NCBI GenBank assembly: GCA_018262975.1
Contig: JADFDG010000008.1
Location: forward strand, 24,986-88,985
DNA length: 64,000 nucleotides
From: Gammaproteobacteria bacterium
Lineage (GTDB): Bacteria > Pseudomonadota > Gammaproteobacteria > Pseudomonadales > JADFDG01
Reading direction: 5' to 3'
Positions 53,118 to 61,226 of this stretch are shown here, in pieces (the first letter of the stretch is position 1; each line of letters opens with the position of its first letter). The translations under genes were made by a program, and so were the position numbers. Under the pieces are notes generated by a model that ran no database searches, was not told the origin of the DNA, and saw only the letters and a list, made by a program, of their open reading frames with translations.

Positions 53118-54528
53118 GCAGCGGCCTGCCGGCCTGGCGACACAGCCGACGGTCCTCGCCGAGGATGTGCCGGCGCAGCCAGTCACGCAGGAAATGCAGG
53201 ATGCGCTCGCCCAGTTGCGACTGGTTGTTGGCAACAAACTCCGCCCGCACCTGCTCCACCCACTCGACGAATTGCCGGTGCAGGCCGCGATGCCGCGCCA
53301 GCTCGCCCGGCTCCACCGCGGCGAACAGTGCTTCCTCGTAGTGGAAGTGGAAGGCGGCGTAGGCGAGCAACTCATCGATCACCATGCCCACCAGCGTGCG
53401 GTCCTGCTGGCGATCGGCGTCGGCCAGCAGGTTGATGGTGTCGACCAGCATCTTGTGCTGTTCGTCGATGTGCTCGTGGCCGATGGCCATGGCCTCGTTC
53501 CAGCTCACCAGTTGCGCCGACTCGGCATCGGCCAGTACCGCCTGGAACGCCGCTACGACCTGCGGATCGAACTGCGTCCCCGCCAGGCGACCGATCAGTG
53601 CCGCCGCCTCGGCCAGCGGCCACGGCTCCTTGTACGGGCGGCGCGAGGTCAGCGCGTCATAGACGTCCGCCACCGCGCAGATGCGCCCGGCCAGCGGGAT
53701 GTCCGTGCCGGCCAGGCCATGCGGGTAACCGCGGCCATCGAACCACTCGTGGTGGGTGAGCGCGATCTGCGCGCCCATTTCCAGGTACGGGTTGTCGCTC
53801 ATCAGCAACTGGGCCTGGCGCAACAGGCGCTCGCCGGTCACGGTGTGCTGCTGCATGACAGCGCGTTCCCCGGCGTCCAGCTCCCCGGCCTTGCGCAGGA
53901 CGTGGTCGGGCGTGGCGATCTTGCCGACATCGTGCAGGATGGCGGCGATGCCGATCCGCTCGACGAACGTCGCGTCGACCTCGCCGGGGAAGGCGCCGTC
54001 GCGATGCAGGCGCATGGCCAGCTGGCGCGCCATGCGCGACACGCGCAGCACGTGGATGCCGGTGTCCTCGTCGCGGTGCTCGGCGAAGTTGGCCATGGCC
54101 AGCATGGTCGCGCGCGCCTTGCGCTGCATCGCCTCCCGGGCACGGCGCTCGCCGGTGGCATCCGCCACCGAGTACAGGTAGCCGCCCGACGGCAAGCGCC
54201 CCGCGCTCACCCGCAGCACGGTGCCGTCCGGGCGCACGCGGTCGTAGTAGGGACTGTCGCCGGAGCGCAGCGCGCGCATGCGTTGCGCCAGCACGCGCTC
54301 ATCCTCGCCGGCACTGGTGTAATCGCCGCGCTGGTGCAGGAAGCGCAGCAACTCGGCCACGCTGTCGCCCACGAACTGCCGTTCGCAGGCCAGGCCGAGG
54401 AATCGCCGCAAGGCGCCGTTGTGGCGGCGGATCACCTCGTTGTCGTCGAGCCAGAGCAAACCCTGGGGTACTGCCTCCATGGCTTCATGGAGTTCACCAT
54501 CCGTGGCCGGTAACTGCGCTTCTGCCAT
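53092..54528 (-). CDS. PAS - HD-GYP - hemerythrin three-domain protein (probable O2/iron-responsive c-di-GMP phosphodiesterase)
   Basis: HD (AAILHDVGKI), HHEWFDGRGYP (the HD-GYP signature), and a C-terminal hemerythrin-like four-helix motif set (HIDEQHKML, HFHYEE, HRGLHRQF, WLRRHILGED). Start at 54528. The 3' end overlaps the rsgA 3' end by 26 nt. Confidence 0.85.
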   Translation of the reverse strand: MAEAQLPATDGELHEAMEAVPQGLLWLDDNEVIRRHNGALRRFLGLACERQFVGDSVAELLRFLHQRGDYTSAGEDERVLAQRMRALRSGDSPYYDRVRPDGTVLRVSAGRLPSGGYLYSVADATGERRAREAMQRKARATMLAMANFAEHRDEDTGIHVLRVSRMARQLAMRLHRDGAFPGEVDATFVERIGIAAILHDVGKIATPDHVLRKAGELDAGERAVMQQHTVTGERLLRQAQLLMSDNPYLEMGAQIALTHHEWFDGRGYPHGLAGTDIPLAGRICAVADVYDALTSRRPYKEPWPLAEAAALIGRLAGTQFDPQVVAAFQAVLADAESAQLVSWNEAMAIGHEHIDEQHKMLVDTINLLADADRQQDRTLVGMVIDELLAYAAFHFHYEEALFAAVEPGELARHRGLHRQFVEWVEQVRAEFVANNQSQLGERILHFLRDWLRRHILGEDRRLCRQAGRPLLSVVPARP

Positions 54529-54692
54529 GAGAAGGACCTGTGCCGGTGGTGTAATGACCCGAATCGGGGTGCGGCTTTGTACCCGCATCGCACCCGGTGC
54601 AACAAGTGATGGATGTCACTATATCGGGCACCACGAAAGCCACGGGCGGCGTCCGCGCGGCAGTCGCCCCGCGGCCCGCGCGGGCGACCTGC

Positions 54693-54698
54693 TAGAAT
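54693..54698 (+). promoter_or_regulatory. Candidate -10 box TAGAATGCCGCC for the rhodanese-psd pair
   Basis: 36 nt upstream of the ATG at 54735. Confidence 0.4.
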
Positions 54699-54734
54699 GC
54701 CGCCCGCCCCATTGCCCATGCCGGATCCCCACCG

Positions 54735-55559
54735 ATGACCGCCGCATCCCTGCCGCGCCTGCTCGCCCCCGAGGATTTTGCCCGCCACCTGGACGACGCC
54801 GGCGTGCTGGTCGTCGACCTGTCGCAGCGTCGCGTCTACGACGAAGCGCACGTGCCCGGCGCGGTGTGGCTGGATTTCAAGCGCACCCAGGCCGGCACGC
54901 CGCCGGCGCCGGGCGCCCTGCCAGACGAGGCCGCGCTGTCGGCACTGCTGTCGTCGCTGGGGCTCACCGCAGATACGCACGTGGTGGCCTGTGACGACGA
55001 AGGTGGCGGCTGGGCGGGCCGCTTCCTGTGGCTGCTGGAGATGGTCGGCCACACGAAATGGTCCTACCTGGACGGCGGCATCCACGCCTGGATGGCTGCC
55101 GGGCTGCCGCTGGAGCAGCGCGCCAACACGCCGGAACCGTCGCGCTACGTGGCGCGCATCACCGGTGACGAAGCGGTCGACAAGACCTACATCCGCGCCC
55201 GCATCCACGCCGCCGACTTCGCGGTCTGGGATGCCCGCTCGCGCGACGAATACCACGGCGTGCGCGTACTGGCGGCCCGCGGCGGCCACATCCCGGGCGC
55301 GGTGAACCTCGACTGGGTGGACTGCATGGACCGCAACCGCCAGTTGCGCCTGAAGGATCTCGAGGCGCTGCGCGCCACGCTCGCCGACCTCGGCGTCACG
55401 CCCGACAAGGACATCGTGACCCACTGCCAGACCCACCACCGCAGCGGCCTCACCTGGCTGGTGGGCAAGCTGCTGGGCTTCCCGCGCATCCGCGCCTATC
55501 CGGGCTCGTGGAGCGAATGGGGCAACGACGAGTCGCTGCCGGTGGAGAGCCTGCCGTGA
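54735..55559 (+). CDS. Tandem-rhodanese sulfurtransferase (thiosulfate/3-mercaptopyruvate type)
   Basis: Two rhodanese domains. Active-site loop HCQTHHRSG. Confidence 0.88.
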   Translation: MTAASLPRLLAPEDFARHLDDAGVLVVDLSQRRVYDEAHVPGAVWLDFKRTQAGTPPAPGALPDEAALSALLSSLGLTADTHVVACDDEGGGWAGRFLWLLEMVGHTKWSYLDGGIHAWMAAGLPLEQRANTPEPSRYVARITGDEAVDKTYIRARIHAADFAVWDARSRDEYHGVRVLAARGGHIPGAVNLDWVDCMDRNRQLRLKDLEALRATLADLGVTPDKDIVTHCQTHHRSGLTWLVGKLLGFPRIRAYPGSWSEWGNDESLPVESLP

Positions 55560-56419
55560 GCAACGACCGACTGCTGTCGCTGTGGCAGTACCCGATCCCG
55601 CAGCACCTCATCTCGCGCCTGATGGGCCTGGTCGCCAACAGCGAGAACCCGGCCATCCGCGATCCGTTCACGCGCTGGTTCGCCAACCGCTACGGCGTGG
55701 ACATGAACGAGGCCGCCAATCCCGACCTCGCGTCCTACCGCACCTTCAACGAGTTCTTCACCCGCCCGCTGAAGCCAGGCGCGCGCCCGGTGGACCGCGA
55801 CGCGCACAGCATCGTGTCGCCGGCCGACGGCGCCATCAGCGAGCTCGGCCCGATCAGCGACGATGCGATCCTGCAGGCCAAGGGTTACTCGTACAGCGCC
55901 ACCACCCTGCTCGGCGGCGACCCGGCACGTGCCGAGGCATTCCGCGACGGCCAGTTCATCACCGTCTACCTGTCGCCGAAGGATTACCACCGCGTGCACA
56001 TGCCGCTGGCCGGCACGCTGCGCGAAATGATCTACGTGCCGGGCCGACTGTTCTCGGTGAACACGCGCACCGCCAACGGCGTGCCGGGGCTGTTCGCGCG
56101 CAACGAGCGCGTGGTGTGCATCTTCGACACCGTCGCTGGGCCAATGGCACTGGTGCTGGTCGGCGCGATCGTGGTTGCCGGCATCGCCACCGTGTGGAGC
56201 GGCACCGTCACGCCGCCGCACCGTCGTCTCGAAGCCACCACCTTCACCTCCGGCGTGAAGCCGGTGGCGCTGGACAAGGGCGCGGAGATGGGGCGGTTCC
56301 TGGTGGGTTCGACGGCGATCGTGCTGCTGCCCAAGGGCGCGGCACAGTGGGACCCGGCACTGCGCAGCGGCACGCCGCTGCGCATGGGCCAGCGCATCGG
56401 CGCGCTCACCAATCGCTGA
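55556..56419 (+). CDS. psd: Phosphatidylserine decarboxylase proenzyme
   Basis: YRTFNEFFTR, YHRVHMP and the LVGSTAIV self-cleavage region (G-S-T). GTG at 55556 overlaps the rhodanese stop (GTGA). Confidence 0.93.
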   Translation: MSNDRLLSLWQYPIPQHLISRLMGLVANSENPAIRDPFTRWFANRYGVDMNEAANPDLASYRTFNEFFTRPLKPGARPVDRDAHSIVSPADGAISELGPISDDAILQAKGYSYSATTLLGGDPARAEAFRDGQFITVYLSPKDYHRVHMPLAGTLREMIYVPGRLFSVNTRTANGVPGLFARNERVVCIFDTVAGPMALVLVGAIVVAGIATVWSGTVTPPHRRLEATTFTSGVKPVALDKGAEMGRFLVGSTAIVLLPKGAAQWDPALRSGTPLRMGQRIGALTNR

Positions 56420-56421
56420 TC

Positions 56422-56445
56422 GTAGCGAGGGGGCGATGCCCCCGA
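56422..56445 (+). repeat. REP unit (single): GTAGCGAGGGGGCGATGCCCCCGA
   Basis: Begins 2 nt after the psd stop codon, between convergent psd and epmA. Confidence 0.85.
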
Positions 56446-56462
56446 TGCATTGAAGGCAGGTC

Positions 56463-57452
56463 TCAGCAGCGCGGCGCGGCGAACGCCAGCACCTGGTCTA
56501 TCGACGTCGCGCCGGTGCGCAGCATCAGCAAGCGATCCACGCCCAGCGCGATGCCGGCGCACGCCGGCAGGCCGGCCGCCAGCGCGGCAAGGAAGCGCTC
56601 ATCGACGGGAATCTCCGGCAGCCCGCGCGCGCGTCGCGCGTCGTTGTCAGCGATGAAGCGCCGGCGCTGCTCGGCCACGTCGGTGAGCTCCTGGTAACCG
56701 TTCGCCAGTTCCATGCCACGCACGTAAACCTCGCAACGCTGCGCAACGCGATCACCGTCGGCGTCCGTCGCCACCTGTGCCAGCGCGGCCTGTATCGCCG
56801 GGAAACCCGAGACCAGGACCGGGCAGCCATGACCGAGGGTCGGCTCGATCACCAGCGAGAACAGCAGATCCAGGCAGGCACCGGCATCGAGGCCGGCGGC
56901 ATCGCCGAACGAGGTCTCGCGCGCCGCCAGCGCACGCAGCGCCTGCACGTCGGCGGCGTGCGGATTGATGCCGAAACGCGCTTCGAACAGCGCGCGGTAG
57001 GTGGTGCGCTCGCAACGATCGAAGCCGACCACGTCACCGAGCATGGCCACCAGCAGCGCATCGGTTTCCACCATCAACTCGTCGAGCGACCAGCCGGGGC
57101 GGTACCACTCCAGCAGCGTGAATTCGGGGTTGTGGCGATCGCCGAGGTCGCCGGCGCGAAAAGCCTTGCCGAGCTGGTACACGGGGCCGTAGCCGGCCGC
57201 CACCAGGCGCTTCAGGCAGAACTCGGGAGAGGTTTGCAGCCAGCGTTCGCCGGCTTCGGGCTGCGCCGGATCACGCACGACGAACGATGCAAGGTGCAGG
57301 TCGGTGGCCGTGCCGCTGCACAGCAGCGGCGTGTCCACTTCGAGCACGCCGCGACCGGCGAAAAACGTGCGGATATCGGCGAGGAGCCGGGCGCGCGCCC
57401 TGAGTTGTTCTAGGGTCGCGCCCGGTCGCCAGTCACAGTCAGCGGTGCGCAT
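56463..57452 (-). CDS. epmA: Elongation factor P-(R)-beta-lysine ligase (PoxA/GenX)
   Basis: Truncated class II LysRS paralogue, 329 aa. FFAGRGVLEVDTPLL, the FRAGDLGDRHNPEFTLLEWY motif 2, and GIALGVDRLLML motif 3. Confidence 0.9.
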   Translation of the reverse strand: MRTADCDWRPGATLEQLRARARLLADIRTFFAGRGVLEVDTPLLCSGTATDLHLASFVVRDPAQPEAGERWLQTSPEFCLKRLVAAGYGPVYQLGKAFRAGDLGDRHNPEFTLLEWYRPGWSLDELMVETDALLVAMLGDVVGFDRCERTTYRALFEARFGINPHAADVQALRALAARETSFGDAAGLDAGACLDLLFSLVIEPTLGHGCPVLVSGFPAIQAALAQVATDADGDRVAQRCEVYVRGMELANGYQELTDVAEQRRRFIADNDARRARGLPEIPVDERFLAALAAGLPACAGIALGVDRLLMLRTGATSIDQVLAFAAPRC

Positions 57453-57482
57453 CCTGCCTCCGCCGCCGCGTTTGCGTGCGGT

Positions 57483-58052
57483 TTACTTGCCGACGCGGCC
57501 GGCGTATTCGCCGGTACGCGTATCGACCTTCACGACTTCGCCCTGCTGCACGAACAGCGGCACCTTCACGACGGCGCCGGTGGTGAGCTTGGCCGGCTTG
57601 CCGCCGGAACCGGCGGTGTCACCCTTCACGCCCGGGTCGGTCTCGACGATCTCGAGTTCGACGAAGTTCGGCGGCGCCACGGTGAGCGGCACGCCGTTCC
57701 ACAGGGTGACGGTGCAGACGTCCTGCTCCTTCAGCCACTTCTCGGCGTCTTCCACCGCTTTCTGGTCGGCCTGCAGCTGCTCGAACGAGGCCGGGTCCAT
57801 GAAGTGCCAGAACTCGCCGTCGGCATAAAGGAACTGCATCTCGCGGTCGACCACGTCGGCGCCCTCGAGGGACTCGCCGGACTTGAAGGTCTTTTCCCAC
57901 TGGCGGCCGGTCTTCAGGTTCTTCATCCGCACGCGGTTGAAGGCCTGGCCCTTGCCCGGCTTGACGTATTCGTTCTCGATGATGACGCAGGGGTCGCCTT
58001 CGTAAATGACCTTCAGGCCGCCCTTCCATTCGTTGGTAGAATACGTCGCCAT
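57483..58052 (-). CDS. efp: Elongation factor P
   Basis: 189 aa. [17 protein letters not shown] carries the conserved modifiable Lys34 (KPGKG). Start at 58052. Confidence 0.96.
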   Translation of the reverse strand: MATYSTNEWKGGLKVIYEGDPCVIIENEYVKPGKGQAFNRVRMKNLKTGRQWEKTFKSGESLEGADVVDREMQFLYADGEFWHFMDPASFEQLQADQKAVEDAEKWLKEQDVCTVTLWNGVPLTVAPPNFVELEIVETDPGVKGDTAGSGGKPAKLTTGAVVKVPLFVQQGEVVKVDTRTGEYAGRVGK

Positions 58053-58109
58053 CGTTGTTTCCTCTGTTCCGCGGCCGCCATGCGGGCCGCTAGTTCGCGA
58101 AAGGCGCGC

Positions 58110-59159
58110 ATGATACCCCAGCCGACCCCGCGAGGGCAGACGCCCCCCGCCAGCCCCCGCTGGCAGGCCTCGCTGTCCGACCTCGTCACCGACCCCCGCG
58201 AGCTGCTGGACCTGCTCGGCCTGGATGCCGGCCTGTTGCCGGCCGCCCTGGCCGCCGACCGCGGCTTCCGCCTGCGCGTGCCGCGCGAGTTCGTGGCGCG
58301 CATGCAGCCGGGCGACCCGGCCGACCCGCTGCTGCGCCAGGTGCTGCCGGTGGGCGAGGAACTGGCCGAGGTCGCCGGCTTCCATGGCGACCCGCTGGCC
58401 GAGGCCCGCCATACCCGCGATGCCGGCCTGCTGCAGAAGTACCAGGGCCGGGTGCTGCTGATCGTCAGCGGCGCCTGCGCGGTCAACTGCCGCTACTGCT
58501 TCCGCCGCCACTTCCCCTACGACGACAACACCCCGGACACCGCCCACTGGGAATCGCTATTCGCCACCCTGGCGGCAGACAGCAGCATCGAGGAAGTCAT
58601 CCTCAGCGGCGGCGACCCGCTCATGGTTAGTAACCGCCGACTTACCTGGATCATCACGCAGCTCGCGGCCATCCCGCATGTGACCCGCCTGCGCATCCAC
58701 ACCCGCCTGCCGGTGGTGGTGCCTGCCCGCGTCGACGACGAACTGCCGGGAATCCTCGCCGGCAGCCGGCTGACCCCGGTGGTGGTGATCCACGCCAACC
58801 ATGCCAACGAACTGGACGACGCGGTGGCCGCGGCCATGGGCCGGCTGGCCGATGCCGGCATCGCCCTGCTCAACCAGGCCGTCCTGCTGCGCGGGGTGAA
58901 CGACAGCGTGACGGCCCAGGGCGCCCTGTCGCGCCGGCTGTTCGCCTGCCGCGTCCTCCCTTATTACCTGCACCTGCTGGACCCGGTCGCCGGCGCGGCC
59001 CACTTCGACGTATCGGATGCCGAGGGCACCGCGCTGGTGCAGGCGCTGGCCGCCACCCTGCCCGGCTACCTGGTGCCGCGGCTGGTCCGCGAGATCCCCG
59101 GCCGCCCCGCCAAGACGCCGCTGGCCGCCGGCATCGCGTTACCCCCGGACAGGGGTTAG
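58110..59159 (+). CDS. epmB: EF-P beta-lysylation protein EpmB (lysine 2,3-aminomutase-like radical SAM)
   Basis: Radical SAM motif [11 protein letters not shown]. Divergent from efp. ATG at 58110. Confidence 0.9.
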   Translation: MIPQPTPRGQTPPASPRWQASLSDLVTDPRELLDLLGLDAGLLPAALAADRGFRLRVPREFVARMQPGDPADPLLRQVLPVGEELAEVAGFHGDPLAEARHTRDAGLLQKYQGRVLLIVSGACAVNCRYCFRRHFPYDDNTPDTAHWESLFATLAADSSIEEVILSGGDPLMVSNRRLTWIITQLAAIPHVTRLRIHTRLPVVVPARVDDELPGILAGSRLTPVVVIHANHANELDDAVAAAMGRLADAGIALLNQAVLLRGVNDSVTAQGALSRRLFACRVLPYYLHLLDPVAGAAHFDVSDAEGTALVQALAATLPGYLVPRLVREIPGRPAKTPLAAGIALPPDRG

Positions 59160-59297
59160 CCAAGGGCGTGCCCAGCCGCTATAGTTGGGTGATATCGGAC
59201 GGCGATTTGTCTTGCGGCATCAGCCACTTGGCAGACATATTTCAAGCCGTACAACAATAACGAACGTCAACCGCGTTCCTTACGTCCAGGCCAGGCC

Positions 59298-61127
59298 ATG
59301 GAGCAACCCCAACGCATCCGTCTCCGCTTGCCGGAGCAGGACCTGCACCACCTGACGCTCGGCAGCACCAACCCCAAGAAAATGCAGGAATGGGTTGATG
59401 CGTTGCCGATGGTCAACGTGGGCGAATCGTCACGCCTGCTCTACCAGCTGATCCAGGAACTGAACCGCCTGAAGACGGACGGACGCACGCGCTTCGCGCT
59501 GCTGGAGGCCGTGCGCCCGGCGATCATTTACGTGGAACGCCAGCTGGGCAAGCACTACCTCGGGCAGTCGGTGGTGTTGCCGGAAAAGGCACGCAAGGTT
59601 GCCAGCCTCGCGCAGGCGCTGCAGATGCACCTGTCGGTGGGCTACAAGCTGGTGGCCATCGACACCGTGCGCAAGGCGCGCGACAAGGACATCGGCCGCA
59701 TCGCCACCACGGCGATCCACCGCGCGATCACCAGCATGGGCGAGACACTGCTGCGCTGCTACCAGCTCTACCTGCCCACCCCGCGCTTCCACTGGCTCGA
59801 ACTGCACCAGTTGTACCTGCTCGCCGAGGGCCACGGCCTCGACAAGGTCGAGGTCGAGGACAAGTCGTTCAAGCGCGTGGAATCCTCGACGGTGCGGGAC
59901 TGCTACGCGCGCACGCTGCTGCTGTCCACGGCGAGGCCGAACCAGCTGCGCCAGCAGGAAATCGAGCTCGTGTGGGAAGCCACCGAGGAGTGGTGCGACC
60001 TCGTCGCCATCAATGACACGCGGGAAAACAGCGATATTTTCGCGTTCGACCTGCAGGCCGACGCACCGCCGACCTACCGCAAGCTGGCCTCCCAGCACGC
60101 CGGCGAGACGCTGCGCTCGGTGGACGCCCGCAACATTTCCGCGCGCCTGCGCAGCTCGGCCGAAAGCGGCCAGCTGCCGGAGCGCAACGCCGAGTTCGCC
60201 TTCCCGCGCGGCTTCACCCGCGAGCTCGCGCAACACCTGTCGCAGGCCTGGGGCAACCTCACCGAGCGTGCCTTCGCGCGCCTGGCCGCCAGCGGCGTGA
60301 TCGAGATCTGCGTGGGCCTGAGCGCCACCCACCACTTCCTGTCGGGCGGCGCGGATTTCGACGCGCAAGTCCGCGGCAGCCGCCTGCAGGTGCTGTCGGA
60401 GGAGCGCGAGAACCCGTTCCTGCGCGCACGTGTCGGCCGCGGCGGCGAACAGATCGACGTCGCCGATGCCTGGTCGCAGGCGTTCGACGGCGGTGCCGCG
60501 CGCATGTCGGACAGCGTCGACTTCAGCGGCGTTGCCGCCGGCAATGTCGAGGGGCTGGTCGGCGAAAACGCCCGCGGCGTGGCCAAGGCGAAGTTCGACA
60601 GTTACCACTGCTCGATCGTCAACAGCAGCCCCGGCGGCTACTGCATCGACTGGTCCGGCGACATGCCCGGCCACATCCGCACCGGCGAATTGATCGGCCT
60701 GCGCGAAGGGACCGCCACGGCGTGGAGCATCGGCGTCATCCGCTGGGTCAAGCAACTGCCCGGCAAGGGCGCCCAGCTGGGCATCGAGCTGCTCGCCCCC
60801 AAGGCCACCCCGGTCGCCACCCGGGTGGTCAAGCAGTCCGGCGAGATGACCGAGTGGATGCGCACCCTGCTGCTGCCGGAGTTGCGCGCCATCGGCCAGG
60901 AAGCCACCCTGATCACCCCGTCGATGGCCTTCAACACCGGCTACAAGGTGCTGATCAACCGGCAGGGGAGCGAAACCCGGGTGGCGCTGCAGCGGCAGCT
61001 CAACGCCACCCCGGGGTTCCGCCAGTTCATGTTCCGCGACCTCGACCGCCCGCCGGAAGCCGCCACCCCGGCTGCGACGGGCGAGGGAGGCAGCGACGAC
61101 TTCGACTCGATCTGGTCGAGTCTGTGA
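59298..61127 (+). CDS. Conserved FimX-neighbour protein with a C-terminal degenerate PilZ-like barrel
   Basis: 609 aa. C-terminal region (about 60580-60815) contains NSSPGG (fits NxSxxG) preceded by RGVAK (RxxxK in place of RxxxR). It sits directly upstream of the fimX-like gene. Confidence 0.7.
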   Translation: MEQPQRIRLRLPEQDLHHLTLGSTNPKKMQEWVDALPMVNVGESSRLLYQLIQELNRLKTDGRTRFALLEAVRPAIIYVERQLGKHYLGQSVVLPEKARKVASLAQALQMHLSVGYKLVAIDTVRKARDKDIGRIATTAIHRAITSMGETLLRCYQLYLPTPRFHWLELHQLYLLAEGHGLDKVEVEDKSFKRVESSTVRDCYARTLLLSTARPNQLRQQEIELVWEATEEWCDLVAINDTRENSDIFAFDLQADAPPTYRKLASQHAGETLRSVDARNISARLRSSAESGQLPERNAEFAFPRGFTRELAQHLSQAWGNLTERAFARLAASGVIEICVGLSATHHFLSGGADFDAQVRGSRLQVLSEERENPFLRARVGRGGEQIDVADAWSQAFDGGAARMSDSVDFSGVAAGNVEGLVGENARGVAKAKFDSYHCSIVNSSPGGYCIDWSGDMPGHIRTGELIGLREGTATAWSIGVIRWVKQLPGKGAQLGIELLAPKATPVATRVVKQSGEMTEWMRTLLLPELRAIGQEATLITPSMAFNTGYKVLINRQGSETRVALQRQLNATPGFRQFMFRDLDRPPEAATPAATGEGGSDDFDSIWSSL

Positions 61128-61226
61128 CACCCGACCGGCTGTTGCGCCGGAAGGGTGCCCGATAGGGCACAATCGTTGGTTCCCCCGCGCCCGACCGGCC
61201 GGGGGATGCAGTCACCGGTCCCAGGC

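Noticed and set aside
59229-59244. A sigma-54-like element, TGGCAG-N5-TTTCA, upstream of the 59298 gene.
   Set aside because: The essential GC of the -12 element (TTGCA) is missing (TTTCA). No enhancer-binding protein gene is nearby. A chance match in a relatively AT-rich spacer is likely.
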